A stretch of 64,000 nucleotides of DNA from Nitrosarchaeum sp. (GTDB lineage Archaea; Thermoproteota; Nitrososphaeria; Nitrososphaerales; Nitrosopumilaceae), in contig OZ245020.1 of the NCBI GenBank assembly GCA_965223865.1, positions 1,408,001 through 1,472,000 on the forward strand, in the 5' to 3' direction. Shown in pieces: positions 47,609 through 57,900 of this stretch. The position numbers were made by a program, and so were the translations under genes. The notes beneath the pieces were generated by a model. That model was not told the DNA's origin and did no database searches. It saw only the letters and a list, made by a program, of their open reading frames with translations. Position 1 is the stretch's first letter. Each line of letters opens with the position of its first letter.

Positions 47609-48034
47609 TCATGCTTCCATACTTTCTTTTAAGAGATTTTTCCTAACAAGAATTGGGATTTTGTAAAAGGCACCTAGTGCCATAGCATCTGATGCGCGAT
47701 AATTGCGTAAAACCATGTCTTTTTTTCCAGTAAAATACAAATTAGCCCTTAAGACTTCACCACTTTCGTAAATTTTGACTTTAACTAAGACCAATTCGTT
47801 TTCTTCACAGATCTCTTCTATCATTTTGTAAATAGAAGGAACTGAATCATTTGCTTTCTCACTAAAACTGGAAATATGACGCGCAACCTCCCCAGAGAAT
47901 GCTCTCATGTGAAACTCTTTTCCATCAGCAGATTTGAGAACAACCATACCTTCAACCGCATAAGGATCAACAAACCCCACATAATCGATTTTTACCGATT
48001 CATAATCAGGCTCTTGTGCTTGATCAATTTCCAT
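47609..48034 (-). CDS. Bifunctional nuclease / DUF151 family protein
   Basis: R.SDA.AL......PI.V. Confidence 0.75.
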   Translation of the reverse strand: MEIDQAQEPDYESVKIDYVGFVDPYAVEGMVVLKSADGKEFHMRAFSGEVARHISSFSEKANDSVPSIYKMIEEICEENELVLVKVKIYESGEVLRANLYFTGKKDMVLRNYRASDAMALGAFYKIPILVRKNLLKESMEA

Positions 48035-48174
48035 TGTTTCTACGCATAAACTAACCATTTAGTGCTTATAAAGATACTAAAATAATGCGATTCAGAGTAT
48101 GTTAATTTCTTTATAATTATCTAGATTAATGCTTAACCCCAAATTATTTAAAATCAACAATAAAGGATAGCTTA

Positions 48175-49989
48175 ATGTCAACAAATCCAGAACGATCAGT
48201 ATCATATGTTCTGACAAAATATGTCACAGCTTACATGAACAAAGATGTTCTTTTACTTCATGAGAACACGCTAACAAGAGAAGCTGCTAGAATGCTTAGA
48301 CATTATGAAATAGATGACATCATTGTAACTGATAGTAATAATTTACCTGTTGGAATTGTTACAGATGAAGATATTCTGAGCCAAGTTAGCGATGCTACAG
48401 TTTACGCTGAAGCTACAGCTTTGAAGGACATTATGAACACACCTCTAATTACAATTAATGAAAAAGCCACGCTGCAAGAAGCACTTCACAAAATGAGAGA
48501 TCATAACATTAGAAAACTTCCAGTCATTTCTAAAAAAAATGAGGTATTAGGAATAATTTTTCAAACAACAATTGCAGATGTCATCAGAGATGCAACTGCC
48601 ACACCGTCAAGACTACTTAGTCCTCCAGTAAAAGCTGTTCTTGGGAACTTGGGGTTTGTTTTACAGTTTGCAGGAGTTTTACTACTTGTACCAGCAATTT
48701 TATCCACAGTATTAGGAGAGACAGTCACAGCTACCGGAATTTATCTTACAACAGTTCTTTTGCTTGTAACTGGATTTTTTCTAAATTCTTATGGAGAAAA
48801 GGCAAATCTAAATCTTCAGCAAGCATCGATTCTTGTATTTTCAAGTTTGTTCCTACTATCATTATTTGGGACGGTTCCATATCTATACGTGACTACGGAA
48901 GATTCAACAAATATCGAAGTATTTGCAAATGCATTCTTTTCTAGTGCTGCAGGATTTACAACTGGTGGAATTTCAATATTTGATGAACCAGAAAATCTAC
49001 CTCAGAGTTTCACTTTCTATCGTAGTTTCACTCAGCTTGTAGGAGGAATGAGTTTCATCTACTTGGTAATTACCGCGTTTTATCCAGAATCGAAGCTTCA
49101 ATCCATGCGCGGTTTTATTTCAGGAAGAACGCTGCATATGAGAGAGCTCTTTGGAACTATTACGATAATTTTTACTCTTTATGTTGTGATTGTTGCGTTG
49201 TTATTGTATTTCTTTGGTGAAACGAATTTGATTGATAATTTTTCTTTAGCTATGAGCACACTTGCCACTGGCGGATTCCTACCAAATTCAATAATTCTTG
49301 ATAATTTGGTATGGCAAGAGCATATTATTTTGATGGCAGCAATGATACTAGGAGCATTACCTTTTACATTTCACTATGCATTTGTAAGAAAGAAATTCCT
49401 TGCCCCCAAATTAGGAAAAGAGGTACTAACATATTTTGCAATACTTGGTAGTGCCACCCTATTGTTTATGTGGATAAGTGGATTAGATCCTTTGTTAAGT
49501 TCATTTTATTCAGTATCAGCTAGCACCACAGCAGGATTACAGCTAGAGAGTCTTGAAGGATTAAATTCAGCAGCACATTCAATACTGATCATTTTGATGT
49601 TTATAGGAGGATGTGGGTTCTCAACTGCTGGAGGTTTTAAAATCTTTAGATTATTACAGTTAAAAGATCTTAGAAAGTTTTTGAACAAGGTAAAACGTGC
49701 CGAATTGCAACCACACGCCAGAAAGGAGTTAACATCTACTTTGATAATAATTGCATTATTTCCAATAATTGCGTCTGTTACTGCAGTTCATTTAGCTGCA
49801 ATAGAAAATACATCATATGAGAATGCATTTTTTGAATCAGTAGGAGTAATTACAACTGGAGGACTATCAGCAGATGTAATTGATTTTGAGACGGATCCTG
49901 CAACAAAAATCGTACTAAGTTTTCTTATGATCTTTGGAAGACTGGAGATCATAGCAATCATATACATTTTCATTCCTAAATTGAGTTAG
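48175..49989 (+). CDS. trkH: CBS-pair fused TrkH-type K+ transporter
   Basis: N-terminal CBS pair; four pore motifs FTTGG, LATGG, STTAG, ITTGG; FIGG...ST.GG.K; FGRLE. Confidence 0.88.
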   Translation: MSTNPERSVSYVLTKYVTAYMNKDVLLLHENTLTREAARMLRHYEIDDIIVTDSNNLPVGIVTDEDILSQVSDATVYAEATALKDIMNTPLITINEKATLQEALHKMRDHNIRKLPVISKKNEVLGIIFQTTIADVIRDATATPSRLLSPPVKAVLGNLGFVLQFAGVLLLVPAILSTVLGETVTATGIYLTTVLLLVTGFFLNSYGEKANLNLQQASILVFSSLFLLSLFGTVPYLYVTTEDSTNIEVFANAFFSSAAGFTTGGISIFDEPENLPQSFTFYRSFTQLVGGMSFIYLVITAFYPESKLQSMRGFISGRTLHMRELFGTITIIFTLYVVIVALLLYFFGETNLIDNFSLAMSTLATGGFLPNSIILDNLVWQEHIILMAAMILGALPFTFHYAFVRKKFLAPKLGKEVLTYFAILGSATLLFMWISGLDPLLSSFYSVSASTTAGLQLESLEGLNSAAHSILIILMFIGGCGFSTAGGFKIFRLLQLKDLRKFLNKVKRAELQPHARKELTSTLIIIALFPIIASVTAVHLAAIENTSYENAFFESVGVITTGGLSADVIDFETDPATKIVLSFLMIFGRLEIIAIIYIFIPKLS

Positions 49990-50042
49990 AATGGTTTTGA
50001 AGGTAAAAATATAATTTAATTTAATTAGTTTTTAGAAAAAAC

Positions 50043-50870
50043 ATGGAGAAACAGACGACCAAAAGTGGTCAGAATGGTAAAAAATTAATCATTTTAGGAT
50101 TTGTAACCATTGCCATACTCTTTGTAATGTATTCCCGCTATCAAGATCCAGAACTCCTTACTCCTGGTGCGATTGACTCTATCCAAAGATTAGCAAATGG
50201 ATTTTACATTATCATGCTAGCATCTTTAGGATCTATAACCTATGGAATCTATCTTTTTCACAAATACAAAGTTGAGAAAAATGGTAAAGACTTACTAACG
50301 ATTATTGCATTAACCACATGGAACTCAAAATCAAGAAAGATTTTTGTTATAACTTTTGTAGGATATGGGATTTTTTTCTCATTAGCATCTGGAACTCTAG
50401 TTTATCAGCCCGAGGTGAATTTCATCGAACATTATGGGGCAACAATACCATCAGGATTTATTGCTCCCTGTTGTGATGAGCCAGGATACATGCCAAAAAT
50501 AATCGTATATCTAACAGAACATGTAGGATTACAAATAATTCCAATTAATTTGATTCTACAAGTTATTGTATCGTATTTGGTGGGCCTTAATACTTCAATT
50601 GCAATCAGTGCATATACAATTTCAAAAAAGGGAAGAGGGATGAGTACATTAGGTGCTGCCACAGGACTCTTCATAGCATGCCCCACATGTGCCGGAACAT
50701 TTCTATCAATTTTCATAGGTACTGCCAGTGGAATCGCCTTATCAATTGCACTTACTCAACTACAGACATTTTTCATTGCAATATCAATTCCAGTATTGAT
50801 AGCAACACCGTTTATCATGGGGGGAAAATTAAGAAATGCAGATGGAAGCTGTAAAATTAAACCTAATTAG
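50043..50870 (+). CDS. Multi-TM protein with CC and CPTC motifs
   Basis: About 6 TM segments; APCC, IACPTCAG. Confidence 0.75.
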   Translation: MEKQTTKSGQNGKKLIILGFVTIAILFVMYSRYQDPELLTPGAIDSIQRLANGFYIIMLASLGSITYGIYLFHKYKVEKNGKDLLTIIALTTWNSKSRKIFVITFVGYGIFFSLASGTLVYQPEVNFIEHYGATIPSGFIAPCCDEPGYMPKIIVYLTEHVGLQIIPINLILQVIVSYLVGLNTSIAISAYTISKKGRGMSTLGAATGLFIACPTCAGTFLSIFIGTASGIALSIALTQLQTFFIAISIPVLIATPFIMGGKLRNADGSCKIKPN

Positions 50871-50909
50871 AAGCAGCAATTATGTTTTCAAAGTCCATAA
50901 AAAATAATT

Positions 50910-50998
50910 GCCAGGGAAGAGTGGTATTGAATGATTTACAACAAGATAGAGTATTTGGTCGCATGAAAATGAAGCTATCCTCTTGTAACTCCCCTGGC
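50910..50998 (-). ncRNA. Candidate sRNA, GCCA(A)GGG-stem family, copy 2
   Basis: Closing stem GCCAGGG/CCCTGGC, inner stem TTACAAGAGGATAG/CTATCTTGTTGTAA; CTAAATA 26 nt upstream. Confidence 0.55.
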
Positions 50999-51403
50999 TG
51001 ATCAATGTTAGACACGTTTTTAGTATTTAGAGATTCTTATTTTAATTCTCAAAATCTGTATTTTAAAAACGCTGCAGGTTATGAACGAATTATTCGTGTT
51101 GGTTATATGTAAAAATACAATAACAGAATCATGCAATAATGCATTTGTTTATCGTTTAACTGACCATATTTTCTACGATAATGCTTCATCTGTTTCCACA
51201 AGAGTCATTTTTGGCACCATTGCATTTTTTGATTTAAAGTTGGACAAGGGTAAGGCAGATACATTAACCATCAGATGAATATTCAGAAACAACACTAGTA
51301 GATTTTGCATTATGAAGCTGATTTAAGGAAATTTTTGATTATCAAGTGTGAAATGAACTGAAAATAGAGTAACTCTTAACTAGTTTTACGATCTATAATA
51401 CAA

Positions 51404-51511
51404 TGAGTTTTCAGAACTCAGGCCTAACCGCGCGTAAGGGTCAAAGAAAACCGATTTTCCGACATCACGGGAAGACGTCATTGGTTAATGGCTAATTTCC
51501 GTGCTGATTGG
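51404..51511 (+). ncRNA. Candidate structured RNA
   Basis: TGAGTT/AACTCA; CCGAT/ATTGG; CACGGGAA/TTTCCGTG; GTCATT/AATGGC (G-U pairs favour + strand). Confidence 0.45.
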
Positions 51512-51709
51512 AGCTAATCTAATTCTAGATGACAATTTAAGAATGAATAAAATTTGAATATAATTAAGAAAAATTTCACTAATTTTTCTAATTTACAAGC
51601 TTTTTGACTTGAAGGATTTTTTAATTTTCTATATCACATCGAGTATTTCATAAAAATTTCAAAGATTAAATCAATATTTTAAATGAAATAATAGTAATAA
51701 AATAACAGA

Positions 51710-51943
51710 ATGGGTATTGGAACAAATTCAGAATACGTAAAATTCTATTTGAATTTACGAATGGGGAAGGATGTTAATTTATTGAGTTTCATAAATAATG
51801 AAAAAAGAATACTAAAAGGAAAATTAGAAAACAAGAACTTGAACAAAGACAGAATATTAAAAGGAATTGAAATCCTAAATGAGTTAATATTAGAAATAAA
51901 TGAGATTGGAGAAAACGAGGTTTTAAAAAAATATGGAAAATGA
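51710..51943 (+). CDS. Hypothetical protein
   Basis: 77-aa ORF. Confidence 0.6.
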   Translation: MGIGTNSEYVKFYLNLRMGKDVNLLSFINNEKRILKGKLENKNLNKDRILKGIEILNELILEINEIGENEVLKKYGK

Positions 51944-52496
51944 TTTAAAAATTATCAGAATAGAAATTATGCGAGTGTTAAATGAAAATGGAAAAACAAG
52001 GAGTTCAGAATTAGTCAAAAGAGTTGCAAAAAAAACTGGAAATGAGAAAATTATATACAGAGAGATTAGCTTTCTTGTAGAATCAGGAGAAATCGAAAAA
52101 AAGTACATAGTAAATCCCATATTGAATATGAATTGATTAATTTATCAGAATCTGCAAACAATCAATTAAAGAATTTACATGCAGAGTTAGATATCTCTAG
52201 AAGAATTAAAAAAATTTTATGAAGAAGCAGAACAAATCAAAGTTGGTTATCACCAAAGAGTTAGAACAACGATTCATTTTATTCATATTGTTCAGTCAAT
52301 TGAAGGGATTATGAGATTATTGTCTTTTTATCCAACATTCAAAAAAGACAAAATGTTTTCTCAAATTAATAGAAAAATTAGCGATTATTGGCTACTTTTG
52401 ATGGAATTTATCATGCACCAATCTGAAGAACAGTTTCTTAATGAAGTACTCGCCAATATCAGAATAACTCAAATAAATTCAAAAAGTGTTAATTGA
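51933..52496 (+). pseudogene. Winged-helix protein broken by two frameshifts
   Basis: wHTH-like N-terminus; plausible continuation KVHSKSHIEYEL...LEELKKFY...IEGIMRLL after shifts near 52100 (A7 run) and 52195. Confidence 0.6.
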
Positions 52497-52515
52497 AATC
52501 AAATCCAAAACAAGA

Positions 52516-52809
52516 TTAATCAATTATCTTTACAAGATAGATAGGTCTGTCGGCTTTATGCTCATATACAAATTCTGAAATTTGTATATTTTTTATCCGC
52601 TTATTAGTAAAAAAGTGAATATAAGCTCGATTATCAGCTGTGAGTAATTCACAGTAATTATCCACACAAAATGTTGCCAAATTTTCATCATATTCGCGTT
52701 GCTTCAAATCATCTCCAACAACAAAAATTTCGTTATAATTGTCTAGTAGTTTTTTATTTTCTTGGTTTGCTAACCATTTACAATTTTGATCAATTAAAAC
52801 ATTAGTCAT
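52516..52809 (-). CDS. PIN-like (DUF5615/Mut7-C-like) small protein
   Basis: VLIDQN, D..L...C, LLTAD. Confidence 0.55.
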   Translation of the reverse strand: MTNVLIDQNCKWLANQENKKLLDNYNEIFVVGDDLKQREYDENLATFCVDNYCELLTADNRAYIHFFTNKRIKNIQISEFVYEHKADRPIYLVKIID

Positions 52810-52911
52810 AAAACAACCAGAAAACTGGGATATTTAGTTTATTATTTAATGAAATTAAATATTCTTAATAAAACAATACAATTCTTATGGTTTATCCTTA
52901 CTAAACAAATA

Positions 52912-53136
52912 ATGGATGAAAAAATTGAAGACAAATCCGAAGAATCAAGAAAAAAACACATCAAATATTACAAATCATTGTCAAAAACAATAAAAAATAT
53001 TGAAAAAGAAATAGAATCTGAAAAAGAAGAGAAAATAATTAATCACTTGAAAGAAAGGGTAGATGCAATGAATTTGGATAAAAAAAGGATTACAAAGATG
53101 TTCCCTAACATATTAAAGGAATTAAAAGATGAGTAA
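52912..53136 (+). CDS. Small coiled-coil protein (paralog of 47121-47330)
   Basis: YKSLSKTIKNIE...RITKMFP. Confidence 0.6.
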   Translation: MDEKIEDKSEESRKKHIKYYKSLSKTIKNIEKEIESEKEEKIINHLKERVDAMNLDKKRITKMFPNILKELKDE

Positions 53137-53335
53137 ACCAAGCGAAAAGAATCATAACAAGCACTTAGATATGCTTCAAGATTACAAAAATTACATTGTA
53201 AAATATATTTCAGAGTTAGAAAAGCTTGATAACCAATCAGAATTTGCAAAAAAATGGAATGAGAATACAATAAAAGAAAGAAGAGAAGAATTAGTAGTAA
53301 TAAACAAAATTATAAAAAATTTAATTAGATTTTAG
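53129..53335 (+). CDS. Small hypothetical protein
   Basis: 68 aa, overlaps the previous stop. Confidence 0.55.
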   Translation: MSKPSEKNHNKHLDMLQDYKNYIVKYISELEKLDNQSEFAKKWNENTIKERREELVVINKIIKNLIRF

Positions 53336-53701
53336 ATGTTTTTGCTTTTGATATTTTTGAGATAATTCATATAATTTTTCACAAAAAGAATCCAAACGAG
53401 AAGACATAATTCCATCAATCCATGAAAGTTCTTTATTCATAGAATAGTTAACAGACGATGATTGTGGAAAATTGCTTTATTCTATGTATTTGATTTCATT
53501 CTCAAAAAAGATTTTTAGATATTTTATTCCTTCTTCTGAAAAAATATAATTGCATGGCATTAAATCAATTTGTACATTATAGTTTCTATTAGCTTGATTG
53601 ATTCTAGCCTTGATGAAAGGGAGATTAATTTGAGCGCATTTTCTATAATACTTATCATATTCAAACATCTTTGAGTCAGAAATGTATTTTTTAAAAGACA
53701 T
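53321..53701 (-). pseudogene. Hypothetical gene with an internal TAA
   Basis: Frame stays open 51 more codons after TAA 53477-53479 (SNFPQ...KHLKSN*). Confidence 0.5.
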
Positions 53702-53712
53702 TCAGAAAGATT

Positions 53713-54093
53713 TCAAAGATCTGCAGTAATTTTTTTAATTTTTGTAATTATTCTGATCTTTTTCTCAATCTGCATTTCTGGTTCTAAAGTGAAATAAACA
53801 ATATTTCTCTTTGTATAAATGACCATTTGAGAGACTTTTTCCCTTTCCACATGAACGTAACGGACTTTACCTAGAGATTTATCAAATTCTTTTCGCATTA
53901 CTCGGCGCTGTGCTACTTGTTTGCAAAAATGTTCTTCTTCTTTTTGTGTTTTCAGATTTGTTTTACCTGTTTTCATAATTGCCTCTCTGATGTTCCCTTT
54001 GGGATCAATTATTGCAGCAAATCTCATTTTAGGATCTAAATTGATAATATCTTGAACAAGTTTTAAAAGATCTACTTTGGGTTTTCCTGCCAT
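53713..54093 (-). CDS. DUF6659/roadblock-like protein
   Basis: LDP.MRFAAII...G, R..FD..LG.VRYV.VEREKV. Confidence 0.7.
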   Translation of the reverse strand: MAGKPKVDLLKLVQDIINLDPKMRFAAIIDPKGNIREAIMKTGKTNLKTQKEEEHFCKQVAQRRVMRKEFDKSLGKVRYVHVEREKVSQMVIYTKRNIVYFTLEPEMQIEKKIRIITKIKKITADL

Positions 54094-54240
54094 GTATGTT
54101 TTCCAGGGAATTTAGGCAAATATAATCCAATAAACAATTTTAGGCTTCAATTCTGAAATATTTTTTATGTTAAAAATGACGATCTAAATATTGCACATCT
54201 AGATAATAGTTTTAATTTAATTCATTATTACAATTAGACT

Positions 54241-54858
54241 GTGAATAATACCATTAAACAAGTTTTAGATAAGTTAGAGAAAAGATCTTCACTTGAAAAA
54301 ACAAAGAGTTTAGACATATTGCCGGAAGATAGGATGTTAGCAATTACAATGGAAACAGGAAAATTTTTCAATATACTGTTAAGGGCAATGAATGCAAAAA
54401 ACATACTTGAGATCGGAACTTCGACTGGATATTCAACAATATGGATAGCTGAAGCTATTCAAGAAAATACAGGTAAAATTATAACAATTGAAAAAAACCC
54501 AAATAAAATCAAACGTGCTAAAAATAATTTCACAGAGGCTGGTGTCTCAGATACGATTGAGATAAGAGAAGGCATGGCATCTGATGTCTTATCAGAATTA
54601 ACTAGCGAAGGATTTCAAAATCATTTTGATTTTGTATTAATAGATTCGGACAAAGAACAATGCATTAATTATTTTGATATTGTTTTACCATTAGTGAAGA
54701 AAAACGGGATTATTGCAACAGACAATATTTTGTACCCAGAAAAGTACAAGGCAGAAATGCAAAATTTTGTAGATCATGTTACAAATAATCCAAAGGTAAT
54801 TTCTGTAACAATTCCAATAGGAAATGGTGAAGAAATTACATTAAAGGTAAGAGATTAA
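54241..54858 (+). CDS. SAM-dependent O-methyltransferase (YrrM/COMT family)
   Basis: ILEIGTSTGYS, FD.VLID.DK, G.I..DN. Confidence 0.9.
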   Translation: MNNTIKQVLDKLEKRSSLEKTKSLDILPEDRMLAITMETGKFFNILLRAMNAKNILEIGTSTGYSTIWIAEAIQENTGKIITIEKNPNKIKRAKNNFTEAGVSDTIEIREGMASDVLSELTSEGFQNHFDFVLIDSDKEQCINYFDIVLPLVKKNGIIATDNILYPEKYKAEMQNFVDHVTNNPKVISVTIPIGNGEEITLKVRD

Positions 54859-54915
54859 ATTTTTAATTATAGCATCCAAACGTCGGAATTAAGTAAAGAA
54901 TAGAATTGTAATTGA

Positions 54916-57900
54916 TTAGGATTTTGTTACTTTGGGTTTGGTAGCTTTTTTAGGTTTGGCTACTTTGGGTTTGGTAGCTTTTTTAGGTTTGGCTACTTTG
55001 GGTTTGGTAGCTTTTTTAGGTTTGGCTACTTTGGGTTTGGTAGCTTTTTTAGGTTTGGCTACTTTGGGTTTGGTAGCTTTTTTAGGTTTGGCTACTTTGG
55101 GTTTGGTAGCTTTTTTAGGTTTGGCTACTTTGGGTTTATTCTGTTGCTCACTAATTTTTTGTTTAGTTTGTTCTTGTTTTATTTTTAATTTTTTAATATC
55201 ATCTTTAATTTTTTGTTCCTTCTTTTCTTGCTTTATTTTTAATTTTTCATAATTAGCTTTTTCCCTTTCTAATTGTCTTACTAGAATTTGTTGTTCCTTG
55301 TGTTTTTTCATTTCTTCTTTTTTCTGAATAGAAATCAATTGTTTTTCTTTAGAAATAGAATTAATTAATTCAAGACGTTTTTCTTTAGATTTAATCAATT
55401 CATTTTTTTCTGTTTGAAGCGAATTCTTTATTTTTTCATAATTAGATAATGTAGTTTTTTCTTCTTCAATTTGAGATAAAAGAACATCATGTTCTGATTT
55501 GAACTTTTCAAGAGATTCTTTTTCTGCTTGGAGTTTAGCTAGATTTTCTTTTTGAAGTTCGGATTCTTGTTCAAGGGATTGTTTTTCTGCTTGGAGTTTA
55601 GCCAGGTTTTCTTTTTGGATTGAATATTCATTCTCAAGGGATTGCTGTTCTTGTTTTACTTGTTCTAGAAGTTGGTCATAATCAGATTGTGTCTTTTCAA
55701 GGGATTGTTTTTCTGCTTGGAGTTTAGGTAAGCTTTCTGCTTGGAGTTTGCTATCAGCTGCAATAGCCTGTTTTTCTTTTTCTATTTGGTCTAGTAGATC
55801 ATCGTAATCAGATTGTGTCTTTTCAAGAGATTCTTTTTCTGCTTGGAGTTTAGCCAGGTTTTTTTCTTCAAGTTTACTTTTAGAATCAATATCTTGTTTT
55901 TCTTGATTAATTTTTTGCATTAATTTTTCATTATCAGATTGTGCTTGTTCAAGGGATTGTTTTTCTGCTTGGAGTTTAGCCAGGTTTTCTTTTTGGATTG
56001 AATATTCATTCTCAAGGGATTGCTGTTCTTGTTTTACTTGTTCTAGAAGTTGGTCATAATCAGATTGTGTCTTTTCAAGGGATTGTTTTTCTGCTTGGAG
56101 TTTAGCCAGGTTTTCTTTTTGGATTGAATATTCATTCTCAAGGGATTGCTGTTCTTGTTTTACTTGTTCTAGAAGTTGGTCATAATCAGATTGTGTCTTT
56201 TCAAGGGATTGTTTTTCTGCTTGGAGTTTAGCCAGGTTTTCTTTTTGGATTGAATATTCATTCTCAAGGGATTGCTGTTCTTGTTTTACTTGTTCTAGAA
56301 GTTGGTCATAATCAGATTGTGTCTTTTCAAGGGATTGTTTTTCTGCTTGGAGTTTAGGTAAGCTTTCTGCTTGGAGTTTGCTATCAGCTGCAATAGCCTG
56401 TTTTTCTTTTTCTATTTGGTCTAGTAGATCATCGTAATCAGATTGTGTCTTTTCAAGGGATTGTTTTTCTGCTTGGAGTTTAGCCAGGTTTTCTTTTTGG
56501 ATTGAATATTCATTCTCAAGGGATTGCTGTTCTTGTTTTACTTGTTCTAGAAGTTGGTCATAATCAGATTGTGTCTTTTCAAGGGATTGTTTTTCTGCTT
56601 GGAGTTTAGCCAGGTTTTCTTTTTGGATTGAATATTCATTCTCAAGGGATTGCTGTTCTTGTTTTACTTGTTCTAGAAGTTGGTCATAATCAGATTGTGT
56701 CTTTTCAAGGGATTGTTTTTCTGCTTGGAGTTTAGGTAAGCTTTCTGCTTGGAGTTTGCTATCAGCTGCAATAGCCTGTTTTTCTTTTTCTATTTGGTCT
56801 AGTAGATCATCGTAATCAGATTGTGTCTTTTCAAGAGATTCTTTTTCTGCTTGGAGTTTAGCCAGGTTTTTTTCTTCAAGTTTACTTTTAGAATCAATAT
56901 CTTGTTTTTCTTGATTAATTTTTTGCATTAATTTTTCATTATCAGATTGTGCTTGTTCAAGGGATTGTTTTTCTGCTTGGAGTTTAGCCAGGTTTTCTTT
57001 TTGGATTGAATATTCATTCTCAAGGGATTGCTGTTCTTGTTTTACTTGTTCTAGAAGTTGGTCATAATCAGATTGTGTCTTTTCAAGGGATTGTTTTTCT
57101 GCTTGGAGTTTAGGTAAGCTTTCTGCTTGGAGTTTGCTATCAGCTGCAATAGCCTGTTTTTCTTTTTCTATTTGGTCTAGTAGATCATCGTAATCAGATT
57201 GTGTCTTTTCAAGGGATTGTTTTTCTGCTTGGAGTTTAGCCAGGTTTTCTTTTTGGATTGAATATTCATTCTCAAGGGATTGCTGTTCTTGTTTTAATTC
57301 ATTTATGATTTTATTAATTTCATTTTTTGATTTTTCTAATTCAAGTTTTTCTTCTTCAAGTTGTTTTGATAATTCTGCTTGTTCATGTAATCGGGTTTTT
57401 TGAGACTCTCGCATTTCTTCAAGATGAATTTTTTCTTGTTGAATGTTTTTCTCTACTTCTTCTTGTTCTTTTTGAGCTTGGATTAATTCTGCTTTCTGAG
57501 ATTCAGAATCTTTCATTAAGGATTCTCTTTCTTTTTTGATTTTTTCTAAAACAGCTGTTCTCTCGATTTTTATTTTCTCTAGTTCTGCTTTTTGGGCTGA
57601 AATTTGTTCAAATAAATTAATCTGAGATGAAATACTCTCACGTTCTCTTTTAATTTGAGACAATAGTTCTGCTTTTGCAGATTCAATTTCTTTTTTTCCT
57701 TCTATGTTTGTTTGGTTTGTTTTAGAAAAATCTGGATTTTCTGACTCTGTGTAAATGACTTCTTTAATTTTCGACTCCTCAATATTATTTTTATTAACAA
57801 CATAGGAATCTTCTACAGTGAATTGATTTGAATTCCAACCTTTGGGCATTGTGCCTCTGATTGTCATATTCTCTTTGGATTTTTGATTTGCTTCATTGGT

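Noticed and set aside
51081-51278. 65-aa + strand ORF, or CBS-like remnant on the minus strand
   Set aside because: No convincing motif; the minus frame is interrupted by stops and too weak to call.
54932-55252. Hydrophobic + strand ORF (GLVAFLGLATL)n
   Set aside because: Antisense shadow of the Lys/Pro repeat tail.
54928-57243. 33-bp and 126-bp repeat arrays as CRISPR
   Set aside because: Units are contiguous with no unique spacers, lengths are multiples of 3 within one ORF, and no cas genes are present.
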